Part shown: positions 37,827 through 47,350 of the stretch, piece after piece
Numbering within the stretch: position 1 is the stretch's first letter
Layout of the letters: every line of letters starts with the position of its first letter
IMG/VR virus record: IMGVR_UViG_3300032073_000008
Location: 1-64,000 of that record
Strand: one strand, 5' to 3'
From: a virus
Length of the DNA stretch: 64,000 nt
The notes under the pieces: generated by a model
Database searches by the model: none
What the model was told of the DNA's origin: nothing
The model's input: only the letters and a program-made list of their open reading frames with translations
Position numbers and translations under genes: made by a program

Positions 37827-38833
37827 ATCATAAATCTCTCTATTCCAACATTACTCATTTCATTTGTAAAAGTATTCATATGGTCTATCTTCCCAGTGTC
37901 TAGGAATATCTCCATTTTACTCTTACTTATCGAATTAGTCAAGTATTCATTTCTCAATGTCTCTTTTCTAGCATCCCACATGGGTGTCCAGTCAATACCA
38001 TCCCATCCATCTCTCTCCACTTGCTTTATTTCTTCAGCTTGTCTGTCAATATAATAACCAAGATAACGACCTCTACTCTTGCGAAACAGTTTCTTAAATG
38101 AACACAGTGCTGTTTCCATAGCAAAAAAGTCTGCTTTGCTCTCAGCATTTGGGTGTGTGCGTTTTACATCTTCGAGTATTTTCTTTCCTTCTCCTTCCAT
38201 CCATTGTATTTGATCATCTTCGAGCTTTTTATTCACCCAATCATCTTTACCTAAAGCATAACAAAGACCATTCCGATGAGATCGAGATCCAGAATAGTCA
38301 TGTAACCATAGACTTGGAACATCAACATTGAGACCAGCACACTGCTTTAGAGTTTGGATATAAAACCAAGATGTGTATCTTCCGAACTTGTGTAATGAAG
38401 TTACAGAATCCCAAACTTTTTGGAAGTTTTGATATTTGTCGCCACGACATAACTCTTCAAATGCATCTTCTTGTTTCCTACCACCAACCCATTCTTTATA
38501 GGAAACAAATTGATCAGCAAGATGACCTTTATTCCATTTTGTATCTGTTTGATATCTGAGACGCGAATAGTTTTCATTGTTCCATTCACGCAAACGATCA
38601 ACACCAACCAACTCCATATCAGGGAACTCATTCCAGATAAGGTATGCTGTTGGGAAGTTGTATGTTGTTCCATATAACCAACAGAGCCATAACTTCTGTT
38701 CTGTGTTATATTCAAACCGATCAAAGAAGTAATTTGTGAGATACAATGCTGAGTCACAATCTTCTATCTCAAGACTCCACTTAAACCAGTTGACAAATGC
38801 TTGTCTACGATGTTCACTTAATCTATAATCCAC
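37823..38833 (-). CDS. Amino acid:DNA transferase (aGPT-PPlase2/AADT-like, DNA-glycosylase HhH fold)
   Basis: WLCWLYG.TY, FGRY.SWFY.Q.L, GS.S.RNGL, ETALCSFKK, RYLGYY.DR. Confidence 0.7.
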   Translation of the reverse strand: MDYRLSEHRRQAFVNWFKWSLEIEDCDSALYLTNYFFDRFEYNTEQKLWLCWLYGTTYNFPTAYLIWNEFPDMELVGVDRLREWNNENYSRLRYQTDTKWNKGHLADQFVSYKEWVGGRKQEDAFEELCRGDKYQNFQKVWDSVTSLHKFGRYTSWFYIQTLKQCAGLNVDVPSLWLHDYSGSRSHRNGLCYALGKDDWVNKKLEDDQIQWMEGEGKKILEDVKRTHPNAESKADFFAMETALCSFKKLFRKSRGRYLGYYIDRQAEEIKQVERDGWDGIDWTPMWDARKETLRNEYLTNSISKSKMEIFLDTGKIDHMNTFTNEMSNVGIERFMI

Positions 38834-39489
38834 TAAAAGAATTCCTCTAGAGTGTTTGGCTCATCACCTATTAATTTATCACGCATCCAAAACTCTCCTA
38901 CAGAAGAAATAGCTTCTTCTACAGTAGCAGTCTTTTTCTTACCAAAGCCATGAGACTCAAGCGATTCATCAAACAATTGTTTGATCACCTTTGGATCTTT
39001 AGGCAAAGCCAGATGCGGGACATTAATTGCTGTTGCCCTAAATGTGCACTGCTCCCTGATAGAAGGAAACAGTGGTTGATCAGAACGCAACGACCCAGTT
39101 GGATCAACAGCCCAAAATATCAAACCATTTCTTTTATGCCAAGTTATAGAAGATGGAGTGCAAGATATTTTCAAACGACTCATGCCATTATTAAAAGCAT
39201 CACTCATTACTCTTTCCCAGATAGCTGTAGCATATCCCTTTCCTTCATGACCTTGCCTAGTTACAATCTCATATAGATTAATATATCTCGATCTTTGACT
39301 ATAAGTAGCAAACACAAATGCAACCATTTCGCCATCAACCTCTAAGGCAAATGGCTTATTATCTTTTTCATAGTTTTTAAAACGAAACCACAAACTGTGT
39401 GATGAATTGAGGAACTTTGTATTTTTTCCTTCAGGGGAGTTCTCAATGACTTTCTCAATCATCTCTTGTGAACATCTTACTATGCGCAT
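38833..39489 (-). CDS. GNAT-family acetyltransferase
   Basis: LYEIVTRQGHEGKGYA acetyl-CoA-binding motif, W...G; C-terminal TLEEFF. Confidence 0.72.
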   Translation of the reverse strand: MRIVRCSQEMIEKVIENSPEGKNTKFLNSSHSLWFRFKNYEKDNKPFALEVDGEMVAFVFATYSQRSRYINLYEIVTRQGHEGKGYATAIWERVMSDAFNNGMSRLKISCTPSSITWHKRNGLIFWAVDPTGSLRSDQPLFPSIREQCTFRATAINVPHLALPKDPKVIKQLFDESLESHGFGKKKTATVEEAISSVGEFWMRDKLIGDEPNTLEEFF

Positions 39490-40172
39490 TGTAAGTCTCT
39501 CACTAATGCACCACCACGCAATGGAGAAGATTTCTCTAGCTTTCCATTGTATGTGTATGTTACATACATGTCTGTTCTTTGTTGATTTGTAATTGCACTT
39601 CTTTTTAGAATATCTTTTGTTGATGCGAATACAATACCATTATTTCGCTCACTATACCATAGTGGTCTTGCTTCATTTCTAAATCCAGTTAGACTCTTAT
39701 CTTTTTTGATACGACAGACAGCCATACTTGATGGGTAAAAATCATTCAATGGATCATTACCAGCCTCATATGATTTCAATATCAATTCACTGTCATTAGC
39801 TGTTTCAGTGTTATATTTCCACTTCTCTTTATCTTCTTGTGATATAACACCATTGTGAACAATACTTTGATCACCATTAGAGAAAGGTTGATTGTATCGA
39901 AGATCAGATGTTGAATAGCGAATATGACCAATAAGGTAGATACCACCATCCTCATTTATCATACTCTGAATTGGATATTTTGCGAGGAACTCATCACAAG
40001 GGATGCCCTCTTTTATCGTATATATCTTAGAATCTTTGACATATGATACACCAGTCGCATGTTTCCCTCTTATCATAGATTCGCGGAAAATACGCTCTAC
40101 CAGTTTAACATTCTCAATACTACCACGACTGACAGAGGATCTCTCTAACCAAACGCCTATCACACCACACAT
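39480..40172 (-). CDS. Class II (Ntn) glutamine amidotransferase domain protein
   Basis: MCGVIG (Cys2 nucleophile), RG.HATG, GHIRYST, NQP, VHNG, DSE, RPL, FAS. Confidence 0.88.
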   Translation of the reverse strand: MCGVIGVWLERSSVSRGSIENVKLVERIFRESMIRGKHATGVSYVKDSKIYTIKEGIPCDEFLAKYPIQSMINEDGGIYLIGHIRYSTSDLRYNQPFSNGDQSIVHNGVISQEDKEKWKYNTETANDSELILKSYEAGNDPLNDFYPSSMAVCRIKKDKSLTGFRNEARPLWYSERNNGIVFASTKDILKRSAITNQQRTDMYVTYTYNGKLEKSSPLRGGALVRDLQCA

Positions 40173-40200
40173 AATATACCCTTTATGTAAATAAACAGAT

Positions 40201-40229
40201 ATTATACATTATCAAATGTAATTTGTCAA
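40201..40229 (-). promoter_or_regulatory. Consensus sigma70 promoter for the modification operon
   Basis: Perfect TTGACA-N17-TATAAT, 28 nt upstream of the GATase ATG. Confidence 0.8.
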
Positions 40230-40745
40230 GTTCTTCTTTCTTAGCTTATCTAACTTCTTTTTCTGTTTCTTTGCCTTTTCAACATGATATGATGATGCTT
40301 TGCTCAAGAAGTTAATCCCAATAAGGTGGTCATATTCGTGCTGAAAACACTTAGATGTAAAGTCAGTCAAATTTTTTGTTATTGTGACACCGTTATAATT
40401 TGAGAATCTAGCTCTTATATTTACAGGTCTTTTTACTGGGATGAAGATTCCAGGAAAACTCAAACACCCTTCTTCTTCTGTCAAGACCTCATCAGAGTAC
40501 CCAACAATCCTTGGATTGAACACTGGTAAGACATCATCTGGTTTAGCTGGTAATCCAATAACAAATACTGATAAATTTATTCCGCATTGGTTTGCTGCCA
40601 GACCAACACCGCTGTTTTCAAGCATTGTAGCCTTGAGCCTTTCAAACAATACAACTGGATCCATCTGTGGGTTTTGAAAATCAAACTCTTGTGTTGGTGT
40701 TCTTAAACACTGATGTGAGCTTGATACTAATTTATATGGCTTCAT
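40212..40745 (-). CDS. def: Peptide deformylase
   Basis: GVGLAANQ, EGCLS, QHEYDHL. Confidence 0.93.
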   Translation of the reverse strand: MKPYKLVSSSHQCLRTPTQEFDFQNPQMDPVVLFERLKATMLENSGVGLAANQCGINLSVFVIGLPAKPDDVLPVFNPRIVGYSDEVLTEEEGCLSFPGIFIPVKRPVNIRARFSNYNGVTITKNLTDFTSKCFQHEYDHLIGINFLSKASSYHVEKAKKQKKKLDKLRKKNLTNYI

Positions 40746-42457
40746 GCTGCTATCCTGCTAAATGATTTAAACTTCTCAAAGCGTATTTGACTGCGGAACT
40801 TATCAGTCAACACATCACCTTTGGTATGTGTGATAATAAAGACATTGGTGTCAGACATGTTGTTTAGTAGTTTAGTCAACTCATCTGTTCCAGTTAAGTC
40901 AAGAGAGTTATCAAACACCTCATCAAGTATCAATAGGTTGGTGTTAGTAGAGTTTTTTAATTTGGCTATTGCTCTCCATGTAAGTAGTAGAGCAATATCA
41001 ATACGAGTCTTTTCACCCTCAGAGAAACTTGCATATGAAAACTCATCACGATGACGACTTTTGATTATCTCATTAAACTCCTCATCAAGCTCAAAGTTCA
41101 CAAAGAAGTCTAGAGCTGATAGATACTTATTAACTAGCTTGTTCATAATAGGAACATACTGCTTAATTATTTTAGACTTGATGCCACCGTCTTTCAGCAT
41201 AGTTGAGGCAACCTCAAATAACGCTTTATCATCAGATAGATCTGACGCTTGCTTCTTGTAAACATTCAAGTCTTTCTTGAATTGTTTAAGTTTACCACTA
41301 GAATCGCTGTCGGCAGTAGCCTGCTGTTCAGCCTCTTTGATCTTTTTCTCCACACCACTAATCTGTTTACCATACAAATTTATCTGGGTCTGGCAATCGC
41401 GTATTTTATTCTGAACATCTTGTATCTCATACTGCACAGTGTTCATCTCGCTCAGTTCTTTGTGTAGAATATCATACTCTTCATTTAATTGTTCAACAGC
41501 TTCTTGCGTCTTGTGTAGTATCTTAGTAGTATCATCAACCTTCTGTTTCTTAACCTTCATGTCAATGATCTGTTCGCAAGTCGGGCAGTTATCATTCTTC
41601 TCATAAAACTTAATTCGCTTCTTAGCTTTTGATGACTTATCTTCCAGCTTATCAAGAAGTGATGTAATCTTATTTGACTTAGCTTCAAACTTCCCTTTGT
41701 GAGAGATTGAATCAATCAGAGTGTCAACTGTCATGGTAAGAGCAATACAAAGATTGTCAGCATCCTGCTTTGATTCAACATAACCTTGTGCCTCTTCTTT
41801 TAAGGAGCTGATCAGCTTGTTAGCATCAGATGTGACCTTCTTCAAGTAGTCTTGCTGTATATCTATTTTCTCTTGAGTTATGTCAAGCTGATATTGAATA
41901 TCGGATATACTTCGCTTGTTCTCAGATACTCGCTCTTTCAATAGCATATTCATTGTTGAGAATATCTGGATATCTAGCAGGTCTTCAATAACTTCTCTGC
42001 GATCACGAGTAGACAGCTGCATGAATGGAGTGAATGAAGCATTACCCAAGATAACAATCTGAGTGAATGACTTGTAGTTCAACTTTAGAATAGTGTTCTC
42101 TAGGATAAGCTGATAGTCTCTCGCATTTCCAGGTTGGTCAATCATCTTACCATTCTTGTATATCTCAAAGAATGCTGGCTTCATACCTCTACGAACTTTA
42201 TATCCAACTGTACCAATAGAAAACTCAATAGAAACCTCACAACCCTTTTCATTGATGCTGTTACAAAGCAATGCCTTATTGACTTTGCGGAATGGCTTAT
42301 TGAATAGTACAAAGGTCAGTGCATCCAGTATAGTCGACTTCCCAGCACCGTTTTCTCCAGTTATAACTGTGCTTGGAGAACGATTCAACTGTATTTCAGT
42401 CGCCACATTACCTGTGCTCAGGAAATTTTTATAAGATAACTTCTTGAATTCAATCAT
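40742..42457 (-). CDS. gp46: Rad50/SbcC-like recombination ATPase
   Basis: GENGAGKST, CPTC hook, FSEGEK, LDEVFD. Confidence 0.95.
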   Translation of the reverse strand: MIEFKKLSYKNFLSTGNVATEIQLNRSPSTVITGENGAGKSTILDALTFVLFNKPFRKVNKALLCNSINEKGCEVSIEFSIGTVGYKVRRGMKPAFFEIYKNGKMIDQPGNARDYQLILENTILKLNYKSFTQIVILGNASFTPFMQLSTRDRREVIEDLLDIQIFSTMNMLLKERVSENKRSISDIQYQLDITQEKIDIQQDYLKKVTSDANKLISSLKEEAQGYVESKQDADNLCIALTMTVDTLIDSISHKGKFEAKSNKITSLLDKLEDKSSKAKKRIKFYEKNDNCPTCEQIIDMKVKKQKVDDTTKILHKTQEAVEQLNEEYDILHKELSEMNTVQYEIQDVQNKIRDCQTQINLYGKQISGVEKKIKEAEQQATADSDSSGKLKQFKKDLNVYKKQASDLSDDKALFEVASTMLKDGGIKSKIIKQYVPIMNKLVNKYLSALDFFVNFELDEEFNEIIKSRHRDEFSYASFSEGEKTRIDIALLLTWRAIAKLKNSTNTNLLILDEVFDNSLDLTGTDELTKLLNNMSDTNVFIITHTKGDVLTDKFRSQIRFEKFKSFSRIAA

Positions 42458-42467
42458 AAAATATAAA

Positions 42468-43526
42468 TTACTCTATTGTAAGGGATTCATTATATAACGA
42501 ACGGAGCAGAGAGTCAAGCCTTTCCTTTGGAACAGTGTCTGGCAATCCACTAACATACTTTGAGAGTATTGTCATGGTATCTTCAGCTTCATTAACTATA
42601 TCCTCATCATCCTCTAGATTCAGATTCATATGATCATCTACAATCTGAATGTTCAATGGATCAACTTTATATAGCTTATCCATGTAAAGATCAAACCAAT
42701 ATGGGTTGTCACACTTTTGCTTGATGACTTTAACATATGTGTTTCTGAAACCTTCAAAATCAACATCAAGGATTTCATCCATAGTCTTGCCAGACTCATT
42801 ATAAAATAGCTTGTGAAACATAGAATATGGATTGCGGATAAACTCTAGATCACGAGTGTCAGTGTCATAGATATGAAAACCTTTCACATCACCATAATCA
42901 GCCCATGTTAGTTCATATGGACACCCAAGATATTCTATGTTTTTAGTGGTAGATTTATGATGGAAGTGACCAGAGCAAACAAGATCAAACTTAGAAAAAT
43001 CTGAGATCTTCATGCCGTGTTCATTCATGTTACCGCGATCCATCAAACATCCAGCAATCTCTAAGTGACCAAACAATACTTGTGCTGGAGTATCTTCCAT
43101 AGCTTGTATTGCTGCTGAATAATTTTGATTGTTTATCCATGGCATGATATGAATATCATGACCGTCAAAGTTTAGGTCGGTTGGATCTGAATAGTAATTC
43201 ACATTACTTTTATCAAACAACTCACGCATGGAATTTACATCGTTGGTGTTCTTATACGGAACATCGTGATTACCAACTATGACATGAAGCTCAATACCTT
43301 CCTCTGTGCACTTGTCAATGAACATCTCTTTCATTCTACGAAGTGTAACATAGTTGATATATTTGCGTCTATCAACAATATCACCCAAATGAATGATTGT
43401 GTCAATACCTTGCTCTTTCAAGTGAGGAAAGAAATGTTTGCTATAAAACTTCTCGAAGTAATCTAAGAAGTTCACATTATCGTTACGAATACCAAAGTGT
43501 GTGTCTGTTACTAAACCTATCTTCAT
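42468..43526 (-). CDS. gp47: Mre11/SbcD-like recombination nuclease
   Basis: DTHFG, LGD..DRR, GNHD, GHFH, YLG.P. Confidence 0.95.
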   Translation of the reverse strand: MKIGLVTDTHFGIRNDNVNFLDYFEKFYSKHFFPHLKEQGIDTIIHLGDIVDRRKYINYVTLRRMKEMFIDKCTEEGIELHVIVGNHDVPYKNTNDVNSMRELFDKSNVNYYSDPTDLNFDGHDIHIMPWINNQNYSAAIQAMEDTPAQVLFGHLEIAGCLMDRGNMNEHGMKISDFSKFDLVCSGHFHHKSTTKNIEYLGCPYELTWADYGDVKGFHIYDTDTRDLEFIRNPYSMFHKLFYNESGKTMDEILDVDFEGFRNTYVKVIKQKCDNPYWFDLYMDKLYKVDPLNIQIVDDHMNLNLEDDEDIVNEAEDTMTILSKYVSGLPDTVPKERLDSLLRSLYNESLTIE

Positions 43527-43559
43527 GTGATAATATACCCTTTGACTGGCAGATGGTTA

Positions 43560-43588
43560 ATTATACTACAATTCAATACAAGTGTCAA
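43560..43588 (-). promoter_or_regulatory. Consensus sigma70 promoter for gp47-gp46-def
   Basis: TTGACA-N17-TATAAT. Confidence 0.8.
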
Positions 43589-44142
43589 GCAGAGTCCTTA
43601 GAGACCTTTTTCTTCACTTTTCTGCGTTTATTAGCTTCAAAGTCTTCAACAAACCGAGCCATATACTCTTCAGTCCATTCACTATACTTCATATCATCAT
43701 TATAGTCTTTACCACCATCGTGTTCTTGTCGATCTGATGTGTCACCTACCACATTGGTGTGTTCAGCATATTTAATTTTGACATAGAGATTCTTTTTCTC
43801 TTTCTGAATTCTACGAAGAAACGCATAGTAGATAATCTGAGTAAAATAGGCAAATGGATTGTTTGACTTCTCAGGGTTAAAGTTGTCAATATATTGTAAA
43901 CAGTTTTCAATACCATCGCAGATCATTTCATCGCGAAAAGTATAGTTCACAAAGTTTGGTTTATATGACAAGTGGGTGGCGATCTTCATGATGCATTCAG
44001 CAATATAATTAGGAACAACAGGTCTTGGATCACCAGCTTCCTTTGCTTCCATTACACTCTGGCGAAATTCAGTCATCGCCCCCAGAAACTTTTTATTGTC
44101 TACATAATATGGCTTTTTCTTCGCTTCTTTGCTCTTACTCAT
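43585..44142 (-). CDS. gp55: Late-transcription sigma factor
   Basis: YVDNK.F, PNFVNY, EMI.DGIENC, NPFAYFTQI.Y.AF.RRI.KEK. Confidence 0.95.
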   Translation of the reverse strand: MSKSKEAKKKPYYVDNKKFLGAMTEFRQSVMEAKEAGDPRPVVPNYIAECIMKIATHLSYKPNFVNYTFRDEMICDGIENCLQYIDNFNPEKSNNPFAYFTQIIYYAFLRRIQKEKKNLYVKIKYAEHTNVVGDTSDRQEHDGGKDYNDDMKYSEWTEEYMARFVEDFEANKRRKVKKKVSKDSA

Positions 44143-44149
44143 AATCCCC

Positions 44150-44575
44150 TCAATGCATTGATGTATTTGCTGATAAATGATAGACATTATCTATCTGTTT
44201 TGGTTTATCATCTATAATTTTTAATTTCTTCAACAGCTCATCTATTTCTTGTGCTGTCATCGAATCCTTCTTACTATTAAAAAAAGTGCCACCATCTTCC
44301 CTCATCGCCCTTAAACAGTTATCATAATATTCAACCATATCATCATCAACATCTACTGTTACTAGGATAGTAGATTGTTTTAAGTGAAGCAAGTTTACTG
44401 CTTTAGTTAATGGAACCCATATTGTAGATATACAAACTGGCGATGCTCCTGTCCTAGACTGTATGATCATTTGAACTGGATCTATAATATGTAGATGAGT
44501 TTCATCTTCATGTGTAACTTCTGCTATTAGTGTATCACCATTCACCAGCTTAATAATCTTAATGCTCATTATCAA
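44150..44575 (-). CDS. Sm-like hypothetical protein
   Basis: IKLVNGD.LIAEV...I.DP...W.P; located between uvsW and gp55. Confidence 0.6.
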   Translation of the reverse strand: MIMSIKIIKLVNGDTLIAEVTHEDETHLHIIDPVQMIIQSRTGASPVCISTIWVPLTKAVNLLHLKQSTILVTVDVDDDMVEYYDNCLRAMREDGGTFFNSKKDSMTAQEIDELLKKLKIIDDKPKQIDNVYHLSANTSMH

Positions 44576-46031
44576 TTCCTATGTTATATATTTTGTATGT
44601 AAAGTTTTCTTCATTATACATTTTAACCCTTACTGCAAAATGTTTCAATGTGTGGTTGTTGTATGACTTCCAGCTAAGATCATCTGATATGTCATAGAGT
44701 GTAGCAACCTCTTTACTGTCCCCTTTCCTCAAACCACGACCTATTGACTGTAAGTTCCTTATGCGTGATTTACTAGGACTAGCAAAGATAACATTATGTA
44801 AGTTTCTGATATTAATCCCAGTTGAGAAAGTTCCATAAGAAGCGATGATAATTGCATCTTCTTCTTTCTCAACAACTGCTCTAACTTGTTCTCTTGTTTC
44901 TGCATCTACTCCACCGTATATAAAAAATACTTGTCGACCTTCTTCAGCCGATTCTTTTATTTGGTTATACAACATCTTACCGTGTTTTTCTACATATTGG
45001 AAGAGTAATAGTGTATTACCTTTTCTTGTCAAAGTCAAGTTCTTAATGAACGCATTTCTTCTATCGTGCTTGACCAAGAAGTCCATTTCTTCCTGATATG
45101 TTTTCCTATTCATCATCTTACGAATAGCATCACTATATTTTAAAACTAGACATTTTATCCTGAAGTCTGCCAAAGTATTATTATCAATAAGCTCTTTGGT
45201 TGTTATCACTTTCATAACTGGACCAAACAAACCCTCTAGCACCAACTTGTTTGTTACAGTTCCGTCTAATGTACCTGTGAAGCCAAACCTATATTTACAA
45301 TCAACCATCTTCTCCATTATCTTGGTGAGTGATGTAGCCTTAAATAAATGTGCTTCATCTCCAATTATAATATCAAACTGATCAAAATATGATTTTGGTT
45401 GTTTATATATGCTCTGCCATGTGCTGATAATTATTTGTGCTTCAGGGTCAGATTTTGCTTGACCTCCAGTCACTAAGTGTGTATAATAAGGTTGTCCCTT
45501 TTCGGAATAGTCTATAAAGTCAGTATTCAACTGAGAAACAAGTGATGTAGTTGGTACAATAACCAGAGCTTTCTTACAAGTCTTTCTTAGATAGTATTTC
45601 AGTAAGCAGTAGATAATGAATGATTTACCTGATGCTGTTGGGGAAAGGATCAAGGCTCTGTGATTGCGGATAGCATGAGCAACTGCTCTTAGCTGATAGT
45701 CTCTTGGTTTATAGTTTTCCTCTTCAAGAAATTTCTCTAATCCATTTAATGGCAGGTCAATAGTATCATCCAAACCATCATGTACTATGACTTCATAATC
45801 CCTTTCTTCAGCAAACTTCTTTAACTTCTCTATTAGACCAACATATATCTGCATTGAATTAACATTAAAAAGTCGGATTTTTCCATCCCACATTTTAGAT
45901 CTAACTGAAGGAATGAATGATGCATTAGGCACAAGAAACTCAAAATAACTTGAAAGTTCCATAGCGATACCACGATCACATTCGACCTTTAGATGCACCT
46001 CATTCTTCTTGTATATGTTGATCTGTTCCAT
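44559..46031 (-). CDS. uvsW: UvsW DNA helicase
   Basis: WDGKIRL, SPTASGKS, GDEAH, GFTGTL, QSIGRGLR. Confidence 0.95.
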   Translation of the reverse strand: MEQINIYKKNEVHLKVECDRGIAMELSSYFEFLVPNASFIPSVRSKMWDGKIRLFNVNSMQIYVGLIEKLKKFAEERDYEVIVHDGLDDTIDLPLNGLEKFLEEENYKPRDYQLRAVAHAIRNHRALILSPTASGKSFIIYCLLKYYLRKTCKKALVIVPTTSLVSQLNTDFIDYSEKGQPYYTHLVTGGQAKSDPEAQIIISTWQSIYKQPKSYFDQFDIIIGDEAHLFKATSLTKIMEKMVDCKYRFGFTGTLDGTVTNKLVLEGLFGPVMKVITTKELIDNNTLADFRIKCLVLKYSDAIRKMMNRKTYQEEMDFLVKHDRRNAFIKNLTLTRKGNTLLLFQYVEKHGKMLYNQIKESAEEGRQVFFIYGGVDAETREQVRAVVEKEEDAIIIASYGTFSTGINIRNLHNVIFASPSKSRIRNLQSIGRGLRKGDSKEVATLYDISDDLSWKSYNNHTLKHFAVRVKMYNEENFTYKIYNIGIDNEH

Positions 46032-46033
46032 AA

Positions 46034-46465
46034 TTAACCTGTGGTAAACTGTGCCCAATCAATTGCACTTTTGATTTGAAAGCCACGACTATTAATGCTT
46101 TTGATAATAGACTCTAAATAACTGACTTTTTCTTCTTGCATACCCAACTGAAGATTTGCTTGTATCATCATATCATCTGATTCTATATATGTTTCCACTT
46201 CATTCTTTAATAATTTCTTATAGAACTGCTCTCTGTTAATATCATTAAGTTCAGATTGATCAAGCTCACCAAGATAATACTCAAGGAGCAACTTGCGAGT
46301 CTTCTTTGTTTCGGCTTTTAGTTTGATAAGAGCTACACGCTCACCCATATAGATTTTGAGATACTTGTTATGGACAACAGATATTTTGGCACTTTCCGCA
46401 CCAAGCTCAGTTTCATCTAGTTTACAGTCTTTATCCCATTCAATAACAATTTGTTCTATATTCAA
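46034..46465 (-). CDS. uvsY: Recombination mediator UvsY
   Basis: W.KD..LD, HNKYL, YY.G, I..RGFQIK.AIDW..F..G; TTG start. Confidence 0.9.
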   Translation of the reverse strand: MNIEQIVIEWDKDCKLDETELGAESAKISVVHNKYLKIYMGERVALIKLKAETKKTRKLLLEYYLGELDQSELNDINREQFYKKLLKNEVETYIESDDMMIQANLQLGMQEEKVSYLESIIKSINSRGFQIKSAIDWAQFTTG

Positions 46466-46498
46466 TTTTCACCTCATAAAATAGTTACATGCTTCAAT

Positions 46499-46527
46499 AT
46501 TATATCGTATTACTGAATTGTAGTCAA
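46499..46527 (-). promoter_or_regulatory. Sigma70-type promoter for uvsY-uvsW
   Basis: TTGACT-N17-TATAAT. Confidence 0.72.
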
Positions 46528-47031
46528 CTCATATTTCCTATAATTAAAACTGACTTGGGCTGAAAGATAATCAACATCAGAGTTCTCTATACTAAACTCT
46601 AATGATGAAAGATTAGTTGGGTACATATCAACAAATTTAACTTCAATATTTGGTGTCATGGCTGCAGTCGTGATAATCATTGAACCATCAGAATATATAT
46701 TACCAGTGTTGTCTTTAGTTCTTCCAAGAGCCTTTGATTGATCAAAACTGTCTGGATAACCAAGACCAATCAACCAATCGTATATTTCAGAAAAGTTTTT
46801 CATATCTTCATCAACGCGGAATGTTAATTGCAACGCACCAAAGTCTAGCTTGTCACCTGGAATTGGAAGTTTCGCGAATGGATTTTGAACTTCAGTTGGT
46901 GCACTAAGAGAGATATCAGGTATCGCTGCAGCAGTACAAAAATAATTTACATGTGGCAATCTTTGTACGCTGAATCTAAACCCTATTGGAGAAAGAAAAC
47001 TTTTATTTGTTGGTTGTGATGGAACAGTCAT
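46510..47031 (-). CDS. gp3: Tail tube terminator/completion protein
   Basis: FLSP.GF.F, PGDKL.F..L...F.VDEDM.N, F...YP..LS.L.F; position between gp23 and uvsY. Confidence 0.85.
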   Translation of the reverse strand: MTVPSQPTNKSFLSPIGFRFSVQRLPHVNYFCTAAAIPDISLSAPTEVQNPFAKLPIPGDKLDFGALQLTFRVDEDMKNFSEIYDWLIGLGYPDSFDQSKALGRTKDNTGNIYSDGSMIITTAAMTPNIEVKFVDMYPTNLSSLEFSIENSDVDYLSAQVSFNYRKYELTTIQ

Positions 47032-47057
47032 TTGCTTTTCCTATGATTAATATTATC

Positions 47058-47065
47058 TATTTATA
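47058..47065 (-). promoter_or_regulatory. T4-type late promoter TATAAATA (gp3)
   Basis: Exact match. Confidence 0.75.
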
Positions 47066-47071
47066 ATCAAT

Positions 47072-47100
47072 AAAAAAAGGGGAATATTAAACTCCCCTTT
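47072..47100 (-). terminator. Rho-independent terminator after the YRG peptide
   Basis: AAAGGGGAG...TTCCCC followed by T7. Confidence 0.75.
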
Positions 47101-47117
47101 CTTCCACGCACTAACAA

Positions 47118-47216
47118 TTAACTGACCTTAACACCTCTGTAAACACGCTCAGATCTAGTTTTATTTTTGGCAGATTTTTTAGGTGCAACTCGCACACCAC
47201 GATATATAATAGTCAT
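47118..47216 (-). CDS. 32-aa double-YRG peptide (DUF4278-like; not in ORF track)
   Basis: MTIIYRGVRVAPKKSAKNKTRSERVYRGVKVS; AGGAG RBS; follows the riboswitch. Confidence 0.85.
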   Translation of the reverse strand: MTIIYRGVRVAPKKSAKNKTRSERVYRGVKVS

Positions 47217-47241
47217 AGCTATCTCCTATAGTTAAATAAAA

Positions 47242-47297
47242 GATGCGTTCCTTCGACACAATTGTCTACTTCCGTTCACTTATAGTGAATGAACGAT
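47242..47297 (-). ncRNA. Glutamine riboswitch (glnA RNA motif)
   Basis: AUCGUUC-A-UUCAC(UAUAA)GUGAA-CGGAAGUA-GACA(AUUG)UGUC-GAAG-GAACGCAU: P1/P2/P3 three-way junction with GGAAGUA/GAA E-loop, matching the glnA consensus as recalled. Confidence 0.85.
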
Positions 47298-47350
47298 GTA
47301 GTCTTTTGACCGATGACTTATCGGAGCATATCAGAATAGATATACACCAT

